Assembly (NCBI RefSeq): GCF_000253055.1
Contig: NC_016070.1
Location: 960,001-992,000, forward strand
Reading direction: 5' to 3'
DNA from: Thermoproteus tenax Kra 1
Lineage (GTDB): Archaea; Thermoproteota; Thermoprotei; Thermoproteales; Thermoproteaceae
Length of the DNA: 32,000 nt
This document shows positions 18,381-26,751 of this stretch, piece by piece (position 1 is the first letter of the stretch; each line of letters opens with the position of its first letter). The notes under the pieces are model-generated. The model saw only the letters and a program-made list of their open reading frames with translations, made no database searches and was not told the origin of the DNA. Both the position numbers and the translations under genes were made by a program.

Positions 18381-18562
18381 AGAAAAATTCTGCGTCTTTT
18401 GGCGGCAGGCGGAGGGCTTAAACGCGTGTATCTATGGCGGCAAGGGCAGTACCATGAGGCGCCCGACCGGGGCTGCACCTGGAGGGGGGCCGTTGCCCCC
18501 ATGCCCGATGGCCCCGCGCCGGAGACAGCTGGGCTGTCAGCGAAGGCGCGGGCGAGGAGGAA
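18381..18562 (+). repeat. Dispersed repeat copy B (5' part complete, 3' truncated)
   Basis: agaaaaattctgcgtcttttggcggcaggcgg...gggcgaggagga is nearly identical (about four differences by eye) to the reverse complement of the matching part of 27937-28173. Confidence 0.93.
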
Positions 18563-18648
18563 GTATTTGGGCATGACGTCGACAGCTATAGCCCAACCAA
18601 CGGAGTGTGTGCCACGTAAAAATTATATGGCCCTTTGTGGTCTCCACC

Positions 18649-19047
18649 ATGTTGGGCATCTCCGAGATAGTCGCCTCCGTCCTCCTTTTGATCATCAGTG
18701 TGGCCTTCGCCGCATTGATAGCGGCGATCTTCTACAACGCCTATCTCCAGGCTCAGACCTCTCTGGCCGCCGAACAGGCCGCGAAATATTGCGAGGCGCG
18801 GATAGTGGCGGTGACGAACTCGAGCGGAGAGGCCTCGATCTGGGTCTACAACATGGGCCAGACGCGTTGCTCCTTCGCCGGCGCCTACGCCCTCGACGCT
18901 CAAGGCGACGTAGTTGCGGCGTCTCCGACCTCGGCCTCCGCCGAGCCGGGGGCTCTCGTGGAGATAAACACAACTCTGCCCTACGGCTACCCAGGCTATA
19001 GAATCGCCACCCCCCAGGGACAGACATTCGACTACTGGGGGGGATGA
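18649..19047 (+). CDS. Archaeal pilin-like exported protein
   Basis: N-terminus 'MLGISEIVASVLLLIISVAFAALIAAIF' resembles a class III signal / archaeal pilin hydrophobic segment, followed by a Ser/Thr-rich exported domain. TATA-like aattatat sits about 24 nt upstream. ORF track start 18607 is probably too far upstream. Confidence 0.65.
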   Translation: MLGISEIVASVLLLIISVAFAALIAAIFYNAYLQAQTSLAAEQAAKYCEARIVAVTNSSGEASIWVYNMGQTRCSFAGAYALDAQGDVVAASPTSASAEPGALVEINTTLPYGYPGYRIATPQGQTFDYWGG

Positions 19048-20987
19048 GGGGCATATCCTCAGTCGCCGCGTTCGCGATCTTCATAGTGGTCATTGTGGTC
19101 TTCATGCTCGCCGTGCTCTACTACTACCAGTTGATCAAACAGGCTACGATCCAGGGAGTACAGTATGTGAGACAGTCCGCCCTGCCTCCCGACCAGGAAG
19201 CGGCCTTGGTATACAACGGCTCTTGTTATCTTCAGGCGGCCGGCCCGAAGTACCCCTTCTCGTACTATTTCTCGGTCTACGCGCCCACGGGGGCCCTCTT
19301 CGTGAGCTCCGCTGTCTCTCCGGCATCTCCCTATCAGTTCAAGATCGCGTGTCCTCCGGGGCCCGGGATGTATAAGTACGTTGGAGTCAGACAGAGCGGG
19401 CAGCTGGCCTACCTCTACGTGTACGTGGGCCCCATCGCCGTTTGGCTCCAGAGCAATGGAACTATATACTTCGTCAAAAGGGTGGGCGACTCGGTCGGCC
19501 TCACGCTCTACCTCAACGCATACGACAACTCCACGGGGTGGGCGCCCGTTCAGTACTCCGTTGCTCTGACGTATAACCCGGGCCTCCTGTCTTGCTCGCC
19601 CCAGAGCCTCTCGGCGGGACCTGCCGCTTTGAGCCCTGGGCAGACCGGCGTGTACAGACTGGGCATCGTTCGGTGCACTGCGAAGTCCTCCTTCACATCC
19701 ACCACTATCGGCGCAGTGATAACGCAGTCCTACGGCGGCTACGCCTGGACTGTATTTGTCCCCGCGGTGGCCCAGTTGATAAACGCGTCGGCCGCCTCAG
19801 CTCCTCCGCCTACGTCGGCCGCCTGCCCCGCGTCCCTCTCCTTCTCCCCCTCGCCGGGCGAAGTCCTAAGCGGCTACAACGAGCTCAACGGCTGGATAGC
19901 CGCCTGGGGAGCCTACGGAGGAGGGGCGGCCGTGGCCGTGAGGCCGGGCGTGCTCGTGCCAGACTCGCTGCAGACAGGTACTGGGCCTTATTACGTCCAG
20001 CTGAAGAGCCAACAGATCGGGACGCTCGCGGTGAGCGGCGCGCCCGCGACTGTTACAGTGTCGGGCTCTATGCCCAGCTTCCTCTCATCGCTGAATATAA
20101 CTATTGGCAGCTCAACCGTCTACTTAAACGGGTCCTCTGCCGCAGTGACCCTCCAGCCCGGCGTCTACCCCGTCTATGTGTCAGTGAGGGTCCAGCCCAA
20201 TGCCTCAATCGCTGGCTCAAACGCCACGCTCTATATCTCGTGTGGCTCAACGCAGATCCCCCTCCTCTTCGAGATCCCGCAGTGGGGCGACTGGGGAGTA
20301 CGAGTGGATATATACTACAACCCCTCAAACCAGTGGGGCAATCAGCCGAATTGGCAGAGCTATCAATACGTAGGCACTTGGTCGGTGGGCTCCGTTTACT
20401 TCTGGCTGTCGAGTCGGCACCAGAACCCCTACGGCTTCGCCGTCTCGCGACCCCCGTATTTCTCTATTGCCGGTTTAGATGACACGGCGCCCAAGTGGGC
20501 CGCGGCGTGGCTCCCGCAGTACTCCCCTGGCAAATGGGATTTATTCGCCCTTAGATATAGAGGCGTACTCTACATCCCCTGGAGCGATGTGAACTTCGGC
20601 GTTTGGCACGACGACGGAGCCTACGTATCCATGTGTGGAGTGACTTTAAACGCGTGGTATCCAACAGCGCCCCGCTTTGATTTCGTCAAGGCTCACTGCA
20701 GTAGCAGCGACGTACCTGTAGAAATCGACTACTTCGAGGCGTACGTAGAATCCGTGTTGATCTTCGTCGTCGGGAAAGGCTCTGAAGCGTATATACCGAC
20801 TATAGACGGCGCTTGGTACTGCCCTAATTTTACTTGGAAATCAGGCCCCTATAGTTATGGCCCTGGTCCGGGGTATTGTAATAGCCTCTGGTACTTCTTA
20901 CCTGCCTCCAGCGGCAATGTACCGTATTTCGTAGTGGGCAAATACACGCCGGGCACTTCGGACGGCGGTGGCACGCCTGCGCCATAA
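19044..20987 (+). CDS. Large exported pilin-like protein with probable C-terminal adhesin domain
   Basis: 'MRGISSVAAFAIFIVVIVVFMLAVLYYYQL' is a class III signal-like start. About 600 aa Ser/Gly/Tyr-rich exterior with many N-x-S/T sites and several Cys. Confidence 0.7.
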   Translation: MRGISSVAAFAIFIVVIVVFMLAVLYYYQLIKQATIQGVQYVRQSALPPDQEAALVYNGSCYLQAAGPKYPFSYYFSVYAPTGALFVSSAVSPASPYQFKIACPPGPGMYKYVGVRQSGQLAYLYVYVGPIAVWLQSNGTIYFVKRVGDSVGLTLYLNAYDNSTGWAPVQYSVALTYNPGLLSCSPQSLSAGPAALSPGQTGVYRLGIVRCTAKSSFTSTTIGAVITQSYGGYAWTVFVPAVAQLINASAASAPPPTSAACPASLSFSPSPGEVLSGYNELNGWIAAWGAYGGGAAVAVRPGVLVPDSLQTGTGPYYVQLKSQQIGTLAVSGAPATVTVSGSMPSFLSSLNITIGSSTVYLNGSSAAVTLQPGVYPVYVSVRVQPNASIAGSNATLYISCGSTQIPLLFEIPQWGDWGVRVDIYYNPSNQWGNQPNWQSYQYVGTWSVGSVYFWLSSRHQNPYGFAVSRPPYFSIAGLDDTAPKWAAAWLPQYSPGKWDLFALRYRGVLYIPWSDVNFGVWHDDGAYVSMCGVTLNAWYPTAPRFDFVKAHCSSSDVPVEIDYFEAYVESVLIFVVGKGSEAYIPTIDGAWYCPNFTWKSGPYSYGPGPGYCNSLWYFLPASSGNVPYFVVGKYTPGTSDGGGTPAP

Positions 20988-21014
20988 TATTTAAGAATCG
21001 ATATTTGGGAGGCC

Positions 21015-22880
21015 ATGAAGTTTATTTTGTTGGTTCTGGTTGGGGCAGCCCTAGTTTTTGCACAAGTCTACGTCTTCAGCGATGGCTCTGGCTATGCAGT
21101 TTTTTCACATATGGGCTTCGCTGTGTATTCCATGGATGGGCGGCTTCAGTATGTAGGAGGAGCGCCGGCCTATCCTGGGCCCACTTGTATAGCCTTCTAC
21201 TCAGGAGCCGGCGTCTCGATCGTCACCCCTAGGGGCGCCCTCAGGGCCTTCTATCCGCTGAACTTCACCCCCACCCTCATCGCCTCGGACTGCAGAGCGG
21301 TGGTCGCAGTGAACCAGACCGCCGGCGTGTATATAGCCCCAGGGGTCCGGTACTCGTTCTTCCTTCCGTCTCCTCCCTACTCTGTATCTATGTTGAACGG
21401 CACTGCCTACGTGCTCGACATGGACGGCGATGTGATCGTGGCCTCCGCGTCGGGCACAGCTGTGGAGCATATAGGAGGATATCCCGCCGGGACTGTTGCG
21501 AGCCCGGACTGCGTTGTCGCCTCGGTGGTCCGAGGGGATACGCAGTACTTCTACAGAGTCGACGGAGGAGTCCCCCAGCTGCTGGCGACGAGGAGGGCCG
21601 AGGTCGGCCTCGCCTACTCCTTCGCCGTGGGGCCCGGCTGTCGTTTGGCCTACGCCGACGGTAGGAAGGAGACTGCTGTGGCTGTCGACGGGCCCTACGT
21701 CATCTACGGCACATCGACGGGCTATATAGAGGTCTACTACGGCGGACAGCTCGTCTACGAGCGGAAGGTCGGCGGGCCTGTCCTCTCGGTGTCGTCCTCG
21801 GGCTTAAACATAGCGTACGAGACGCCGGAGGGCGTCTTCCCGCTCATCCTCATCAACGAGACCGTCGTGTCGAACTGCGGCAACTGGTCCCTCTTGAGGG
21901 AGGCGGGGACTGCCTATTCTCCGCCCTCGGTCATCGAATTTGGCAACGGCACTAGGTGCGTGCTCTCCTCCAACTACACTGCGTCTGGAGTCGTCTATGC
22001 AAACTATGTGCGCCAGTACTACGTACAGCTGAGCTCCCCCCATCCGATGGCAGCTTGGCTTCCCGCCGGAGCTCAATTGCCCCAGCCGCCGTCTGTTGTG
22101 GAGGGGCTTGTGGAGTTGATCCCACTTGGGTGGCAAATAGACGGCCGCCTGCTCCAACAAACCGCCGTCGAGGGGCCCTTGGCGGCCTCCGCCGTCTACA
22201 GAGTGGTGCCCGCCGTTAACGGGACTCTCGGCAACGGCACAATGTTGCTGGTCAAAGTAGAGACGCCCACTATCGTCTGGCCGCAACAGCCCGCGTACGC
22301 CGTAGAGAGGCTCTACTACGTCACAGTCTCGCCGCCTGGGAACGTCTCGGGGGGCCCGGGCTACTATCCCGCCGGCTCCTACGTGACTATATCCGCCGGA
22401 TCGCCGCAGGCGCCCCCAGGCTGCAGATACACCTTCTCTGGCTGGAGGGGCGTGAACGCGACTGCGCCCACTGCGACAGTGCTTGTGGCGGGGCCCATCT
22501 CGGCTGCGCCTGAGTTCGTTGAGGAGTGCCGCGTCCAGCTCTATACACAGTACGGCTCTGTGGTCAACGCCCCCGAGTGGGCGCCGCTGGGGGCCGTCCT
22601 AACGCCCTCCGTGGAGCCGACGGCGGTATGGGCTCCGTTCCCATTTAGGTACGTCTTCGTCGGCTGGAACATCAACGGGGCGATATCTAGGAGCTTCGCC
22701 GTCTCCGGGCCCGTGAGCGCTACGGCCGTGTGGGTCCTCGATCCGACCCCCCTATCGGCAATCGCGGCCGCCTTGGCCGCCGCAAGCATCGCAGTGTTCC
22801 TCGCGTCGAGGAGGCGCCGCCAGGGGCGCGCCGCACTGTTTAAATTCTACGCAAGATATTTATCAGTACACTATCAGTAG
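21015..22880 (+). CDS. Large secreted, C-terminally anchored surface protein
   Basis: Sec signal 'MKFILLVLVGAALVFAQVY', propeller-like repeats, 'YYVTVSPPGNVSGGPGYYPAGSYVTISAG...YTFSGW' repeat module, terminal TM 'LSAIAAALAAASIAVFLASRRRRQGR'. Confidence 0.75.
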   Translation: MKFILLVLVGAALVFAQVYVFSDGSGYAVFSHMGFAVYSMDGRLQYVGGAPAYPGPTCIAFYSGAGVSIVTPRGALRAFYPLNFTPTLIASDCRAVVAVNQTAGVYIAPGVRYSFFLPSPPYSVSMLNGTAYVLDMDGDVIVASASGTAVEHIGGYPAGTVASPDCVVASVVRGDTQYFYRVDGGVPQLLATRRAEVGLAYSFAVGPGCRLAYADGRKETAVAVDGPYVIYGTSTGYIEVYYGGQLVYERKVGGPVLSVSSSGLNIAYETPEGVFPLILINETVVSNCGNWSLLREAGTAYSPPSVIEFGNGTRCVLSSNYTASGVVYANYVRQYYVQLSSPHPMAAWLPAGAQLPQPPSVVEGLVELIPLGWQIDGRLLQQTAVEGPLAASAVYRVVPAVNGTLGNGTMLLVKVETPTIVWPQQPAYAVERLYYVTVSPPGNVSGGPGYYPAGSYVTISAGSPQAPPGCRYTFSGWRGVNATAPTATVLVAGPISAAPEFVEECRVQLYTQYGSVVNAPEWAPLGAVLTPSVEPTAVWAPFPFRYVFVGWNINGAISRSFAVSGPVSATAVWVLDPTPLSAIAAALAAASIAVFLASRRRRQGRAALFKFYARYLSVHYQ

Positions 22881-22883
22881 CCC

Positions 22884-23372
22884 ATGAGGACGAGGGGTAT
22901 CGAGCCAATAGTCGCCGCTGTGTTGTTGATAGTGTTGGCGGTCATTGGCGCTGTGTTGCTCTACCTCTGGTTCGCTGGATACGTCTCTGGGACTACCTCG
23001 CAGGCCAACCAGCTCTCGGCCTCAGAGAGGCTCAGCATAGAGGCCGCCAATCTAACTTGGACTTCAGGGAGGGGCGCCTACGCCTATCTCTATATCAGAA
23101 ACATCGGCGGAGTCAACTCTACGCTGTCGACAGCCTATCTGCTCCTCCCCGGCTCCTCCAACCCGCTGTGCACTACGAACACAATTACGGTCTACGCCGG
23201 CCTCAGCACGACGGCGGGACCCAGACAGACGCCTGTTATACCGGTCGGTCAAGACAACTTGGTGTACATAAGCTTCGGGCCGGGCTGCACTGTGACCAGC
23301 GGCTACACCTACGTGGTCAAGCTTGTGACGCAGCAGGGCTCGCAGTTCGCGGTCACAGTGACCGCCAGCTGA
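22884..23372 (+). CDS. Archaeal type IV pilin-like protein
   Basis: 'MRTRGIEPIVAAVLLIVLAVIGAVLLYLWFAGYV' matches the archaeal class III prepilin pattern (basic residues, RG|I, then about 20 hydrophobic residues). Confidence 0.88.
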   Translation: MRTRGIEPIVAAVLLIVLAVIGAVLLYLWFAGYVSGTTSQANQLSASERLSIEAANLTWTSGRGAYAYLYIRNIGGVNSTLSTAYLLLPGSSNPLCTTNTITVYAGLSTTAGPRQTPVIPVGQDNLVYISFGPGCTVTSGYTYVVKLVTQQGSQFAVTVTAS

Positions 23373-23381
23373 ACCCCTAAT

Positions 23382-24140
23382 ATGAATATTTTTTTCCAAT
23401 GGCTCCCTCTCATCGTTTTTTCCTCCTCAGCCGCCCTTATAGCTGGCGGCTATCTCCCCTGGAGGAGGGCTGTGTTCAGAGCCAAGCTGGAGGGACAGAT
23501 CCCAGAGACCCTCCGGGCCCTCGCCGACTCGGTGGCCGGAGGCATGGACCTGAGGTCCGCCTTCGAGGTTGTGGCTTCGCTGGGCCTCAGGCCGATGGCC
23601 GACGTAGCGAGGAGGATCCTCGCCCTCACGGCCGTAGGGGGCATGACTGTGGAGGAGGCATTGTGGCAAGTGGCCGAGGGGACGGGCTCGGCGAACTTCA
23701 AGAGGTTCGCGTTGATAGTGGCGGAGGCCGCCCGCAGCGGCGCCAAGTTGCCCGAGGTTTTGGGGACTGCGGCGAGGACGTTCGCCACAGTCGTCGAGTT
23801 CAGACGCGACATTGAGTCCCAGCTGAGGCCCTACGTGGCCTTGTATTACGCACTGATAGTCACGTTCGTAGTCCTCGCCGATGTCCTCGTCTACTTCCTC
23901 CTGCCGCAGTTGGCCCAACTTGCCTCTAGAGTGTCAGGCCCAGGGATAACTCCAGCGGTGATAAACAGGGAGGACGCCATAGTCGTGCTCTACTTCTCAG
24001 CGCTTGCGCAAGCTCTGATCGGCGGGCTTATAATCGGGAGGATCGTCTACTTCTCGCCGTCCGCCGGGCTGGTGCACGCGGGCATCGCCTCGGGAGCGGC
24101 CGGGCTGGCTCTGCTTCTGCCCCTATGGGCGAGGTTCTGA
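23382..24140 (+). CDS. Type II/IV secretion system F-like (TadC/ArlJ-like) membrane protein
   Basis: 'IPETLRALADSVAGGMDLRSAFEVVA', 'GGMTVEEALWQVAEGTGSANFKRFALIVAEAARSGAKLPEVL'. Hydrophobic segments flank this domain. Confidence 0.85.
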   Translation: MNIFFQWLPLIVFSSSAALIAGGYLPWRRAVFRAKLEGQIPETLRALADSVAGGMDLRSAFEVVASLGLRPMADVARRILALTAVGGMTVEEALWQVAEGTGSANFKRFALIVAEAARSGAKLPEVLGTAARTFATVVEFRRDIESQLRPYVALYYALIVTFVVLADVLVYFLLPQLAQLASRVSGPGITPAVINREDAIVVLYFSALAQALIGGLIIGRIVYFSPSAGLVHAGIASGAAGLALLLPLWARF

Positions 24141-25516
24141 AGCTCCTAGAGGAGTACGAGGTCGCCCAATATGTCCACGTAATGATATATGTAGACAAAC
24201 ACGGCTTTAGGGCCTACAGGGCCGTGGAGCCGCCCCTTAGCGATGAGGAGCGGGAGCTTCTGTTGAGGCTTAAACGCGCGATCCAGAACGTAGGCGATGT
24301 GAAAGACGGCATATTGAAGCTCACAAGGGAGCGCAGAGAGGAATATCTGGCGCAGCTCGTGGACAGAGCCGCGCGAGAGTTCAAACTGAACGTGGAGGAG
24401 GAGAGGAGGGGGAAAATAATGTATTATCTGAGGCGTGATCTGTTGGGCTACGGCGTGTTGGATCCGCTAGTGAGAGACCCCTTCGTGGAGGATATACATT
24501 TCGACGGGCCCGGCGTGCCGATCTATGTGTGGCACAGCCGCTGGGAGTCTCTGAGGACGGACATAGTCCTAGACCTGGCCGAGGCCGACGCCTATGTCCA
24601 GAGGTTCTCCGCGCTCGTCGGAAAACCTGTGTCATACGCCGACCCCATACTCGAGGGCATGTTGCCGGAGGGCTACCGCCTAGAGTTGGTCGCGCCGCCC
24701 TCCTCGCCCAGAGGTCCCTCGTTCGTCATCAGAAAGTTCTTCGTAGAGCCGATCACCTTAATAGACTTGGTCAAAATGGGCACGATATCCGCCGAGGCTG
24801 TGGCATATCTCTGGCTCATGTTAGACTACGGCAGAAACATAGTCATTCTGGGGCCCACTGGGGCGGGCAAGACCACGTTGTTGAACGCGCTCTTGCACTT
24901 GATACGCCCCGACGCGAAGGTGCTCACTATAGAGGACACTAGGGAGATCAACATAGTCCACGAGCACTGGCAAGCTCTGTTGACCAGGCCCAGCAGATCC
25001 GAGGGCGTTAGGGATGTGTCCGCGTTCGACCTCCTCGCCGTTGCCATGAGGTCTCGCCCAGACTACGTGGTCGTCGGCGAGATCCGCGGCGAGGAGGCCT
25101 ACGTCCTCTTCCAAGCCTTCGGCTCGGGGCACGCCGGCGCCACCACTATGCACGCCGAGACTATAGAGGACGCCGTGAGGCGACTGCTGACTAGGCCCAT
25201 GTCGGTCCCCCCGATGTTGATAGGCCTCGCCCATGTCTTTGTGCGCATAATGAGGGTGAAGATAGGAGAAAGGATAGCGAGGAGAGTCGTGGAAATAGCG
25301 GAGAACATGGGCATAGCGAGGGGCGGGAGGCCGAGGTTGAACTACGTCTTTAGGTGGAGCCCGGAAAAAGACTCCTTGGAGCGAGTCGGGGAGAGCAGAC
25401 ACCTGGAGACTATCTCCCGCGTTAGGTTCGTCCCCATGGACGCGCTTTTAAGGGAGTTCGAGAGAAGGAAGGAGCTGATAGGCGAAATGGTGAAACAAGG
25501 CTTCTCGTCCCCATAA
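24125..25516 (+). CDS. Type II/IV secretion ATPase (VirB11/TadA/ArlI-like)
   Basis: Walker A 'ILGPTGAGKTTLLNALLHLI', 'VLTIEDTREI', 'VVVGEIRGEEAYVLFQAFGSGHAGATTMHAE'. Confidence 0.95.
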   Translation: MGEVLKLLEEYEVAQYVHVMIYVDKHGFRAYRAVEPPLSDEERELLLRLKRAIQNVGDVKDGILKLTRERREEYLAQLVDRAAREFKLNVEEERRGKIMYYLRRDLLGYGVLDPLVRDPFVEDIHFDGPGVPIYVWHSRWESLRTDIVLDLAEADAYVQRFSALVGKPVSYADPILEGMLPEGYRLELVAPPSSPRGPSFVIRKFFVEPITLIDLVKMGTISAEAVAYLWLMLDYGRNIVILGPTGAGKTTLLNALLHLIRPDAKVLTIEDTREINIVHEHWQALLTRPSRSEGVRDVSAFDLLAVAMRSRPDYVVVGEIRGEEAYVLFQAFGSGHAGATTMHAETIEDAVRRLLTRPMSVPPMLIGLAHVFVRIMRVKIGERIARRVVEIAENMGIARGGRPRLNYVFRWSPEKDSLERVGESRHLETISRVRFVPMDALLREFERRKELIGEMVKQGFSSP

Positions 25517-25590
25517 GCTGTGGCGAGGGTCTTCTCTAGCTACAGGGCAGATCCCGAGGGGACTCTGGAGGCAGTGCGGCAGGGGAAAAT

Positions 25591-26376
25591 ATGAGGCTCC
25601 TCTTCGATCTATACAGGCTGAGCGGCCTCGCCTTCTCCTACAGGAGGTATATCGCCGTTCTGATGGGCGCGCCTGCTGCGGTCGGCTTAGCCGTCGGCGC
25701 GGCGGCCTCCCTTTTGATCTCATCGCCGGCCGGCTTGATCTTGGGCGCTGCGGCGGCCCTTATTACCTTCGCAGTTATTCTGGGGTACCCCGTCCACCTT
25801 GTCTCCTCCAGACGCACCCACTTCGAGAACAACTTCCCCTACACTCTGTCGGTCCTATTGCCTCTGTTGACGGCCGGAGTGCCGCTGGGAAGGGCCGTCG
25901 CACGCCTCGCCGAAGTTGAGGACGACAAATACATCGCCCGCGAGCTCTCCCTTGCGGTGAGAGATATTGTGGTCATGGGCTCGAGCCCCTTGGAGGCCTT
26001 GCTGCACAGCGCCGAGAGAGTGCCCAGCGCCAGCTACAGAGAGACTGTGGATATATTAGTTAGGTCGTCTAGAGTCACGGAGAGACTCGACCTAGTTCTT
26101 ATGGCGAGGCTCGACTGGATGTTGAGACAGAAGCAGATCAGGGCGGCCTCGTTGGCGCGATCTATCTCGCTCTTGTTTGAAATATACGCAGTTGCGGCAA
26201 TGTTGTTGCCCATTTTGGTTTTCACGATGGCGCTCGCCTTGAGCCCGCTGGGCGTCCTCCAAGTGGCCGGGCTATCGCTGGATCCCCTCTCCGTGATGAT
26301 CCTAGCTGGCTTGATCTACTCGCCGATAGCGGGGGCCATGTTCTATATCTTGTTCGACGCATCTGCAACTATATGA
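25591..26376 (+). CDS. Second T2SF/TadC-like membrane protein
   Basis: 'FENNFPYTLSVLLPLLTAGVPLGRAVARLAEVEDDKYIARELSLAVRDIVVMGSSPLEALLHSAERVPSASYRETVDILV'. Hydrophobic C-terminal half. Confidence 0.85.
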   Translation: MRLLFDLYRLSGLAFSYRRYIAVLMGAPAAVGLAVGAAASLLISSPAGLILGAAAALITFAVILGYPVHLVSSRRTHFENNFPYTLSVLLPLLTAGVPLGRAVARLAEVEDDKYIARELSLAVRDIVVMGSSPLEALLHSAERVPSASYRETVDILVRSSRVTERLDLVLMARLDWMLRQKQIRAASLARSISLLFEIYAVAAMLLPILVFTMALALSPLGVLQVAGLSLDPLSVMILAGLIYSPIAGAMFYILFDASATI

Positions 26377-26460
26377 AAACTTCTTTTAAAGAGAATTTTT
26401 GCTGAAATAAAGTCGATATCTATTGTTATTGATCGTTAAAAATATTAAAATGGGTGACAT

Positions 26461-26751
26461 ATGCTCGCAGTGTGTCTCACCAAAGAGCTCCTCGTGAAGT
26501 TCTACTCCTCCATGGACTTCAGTCTGAGGGCTCTGATCCACTACAAGTCCCTCGCCGCCTTCGGGTACCCCTTCGACAAAATACTCCTGGAGGAGCCGTG
26601 GCGGACCTACGGAGCTCTGAGGGAGCTCCTGGGAGATCACAACGCACAGCTCATCCTCTCAATGATGTCGAAATGGTTGAACAAAAACGGGTGTAGCCTC
26701 GATATAGAAAAATTAAAGAAGTATCTAAGTGATAGAGGGCTATGGACTTGA
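26461..26751 (+). CDS. Small hypothetical protein (96 aa), coupled to the KaiC-like gene
   Basis: MLAVCLTKELLVKFYSSMDFSLRALIHYKSLAAF... has no recognisable family. It overlaps the next CDS by 10 nt and uses similar codons. Confidence 0.6.
   Translation: MLAVCLTKELLVKFYSSMDFSLRALIHYKSLAAFGYPFDKILLEEPWRTYGALRELLGDHNAQLILSMMSKWLNKNGCSLDIEKLKKYLSDRGLWT

Noticed and set aside
18378-19001. 207-aa ORF running through repeat copy B and the pilin-like gene
   Set aside because: It covers the pilin-like ORF in another frame, and only its start lies in the repeat. The pilin-like frame has clear signal-segment hydrophobicity.
19592-20482. 296-aa ORF inside the large pilin-like gene
   Set aside because: Alternate-frame shadow ORF in GC-rich coding DNA with no recognisable motifs.
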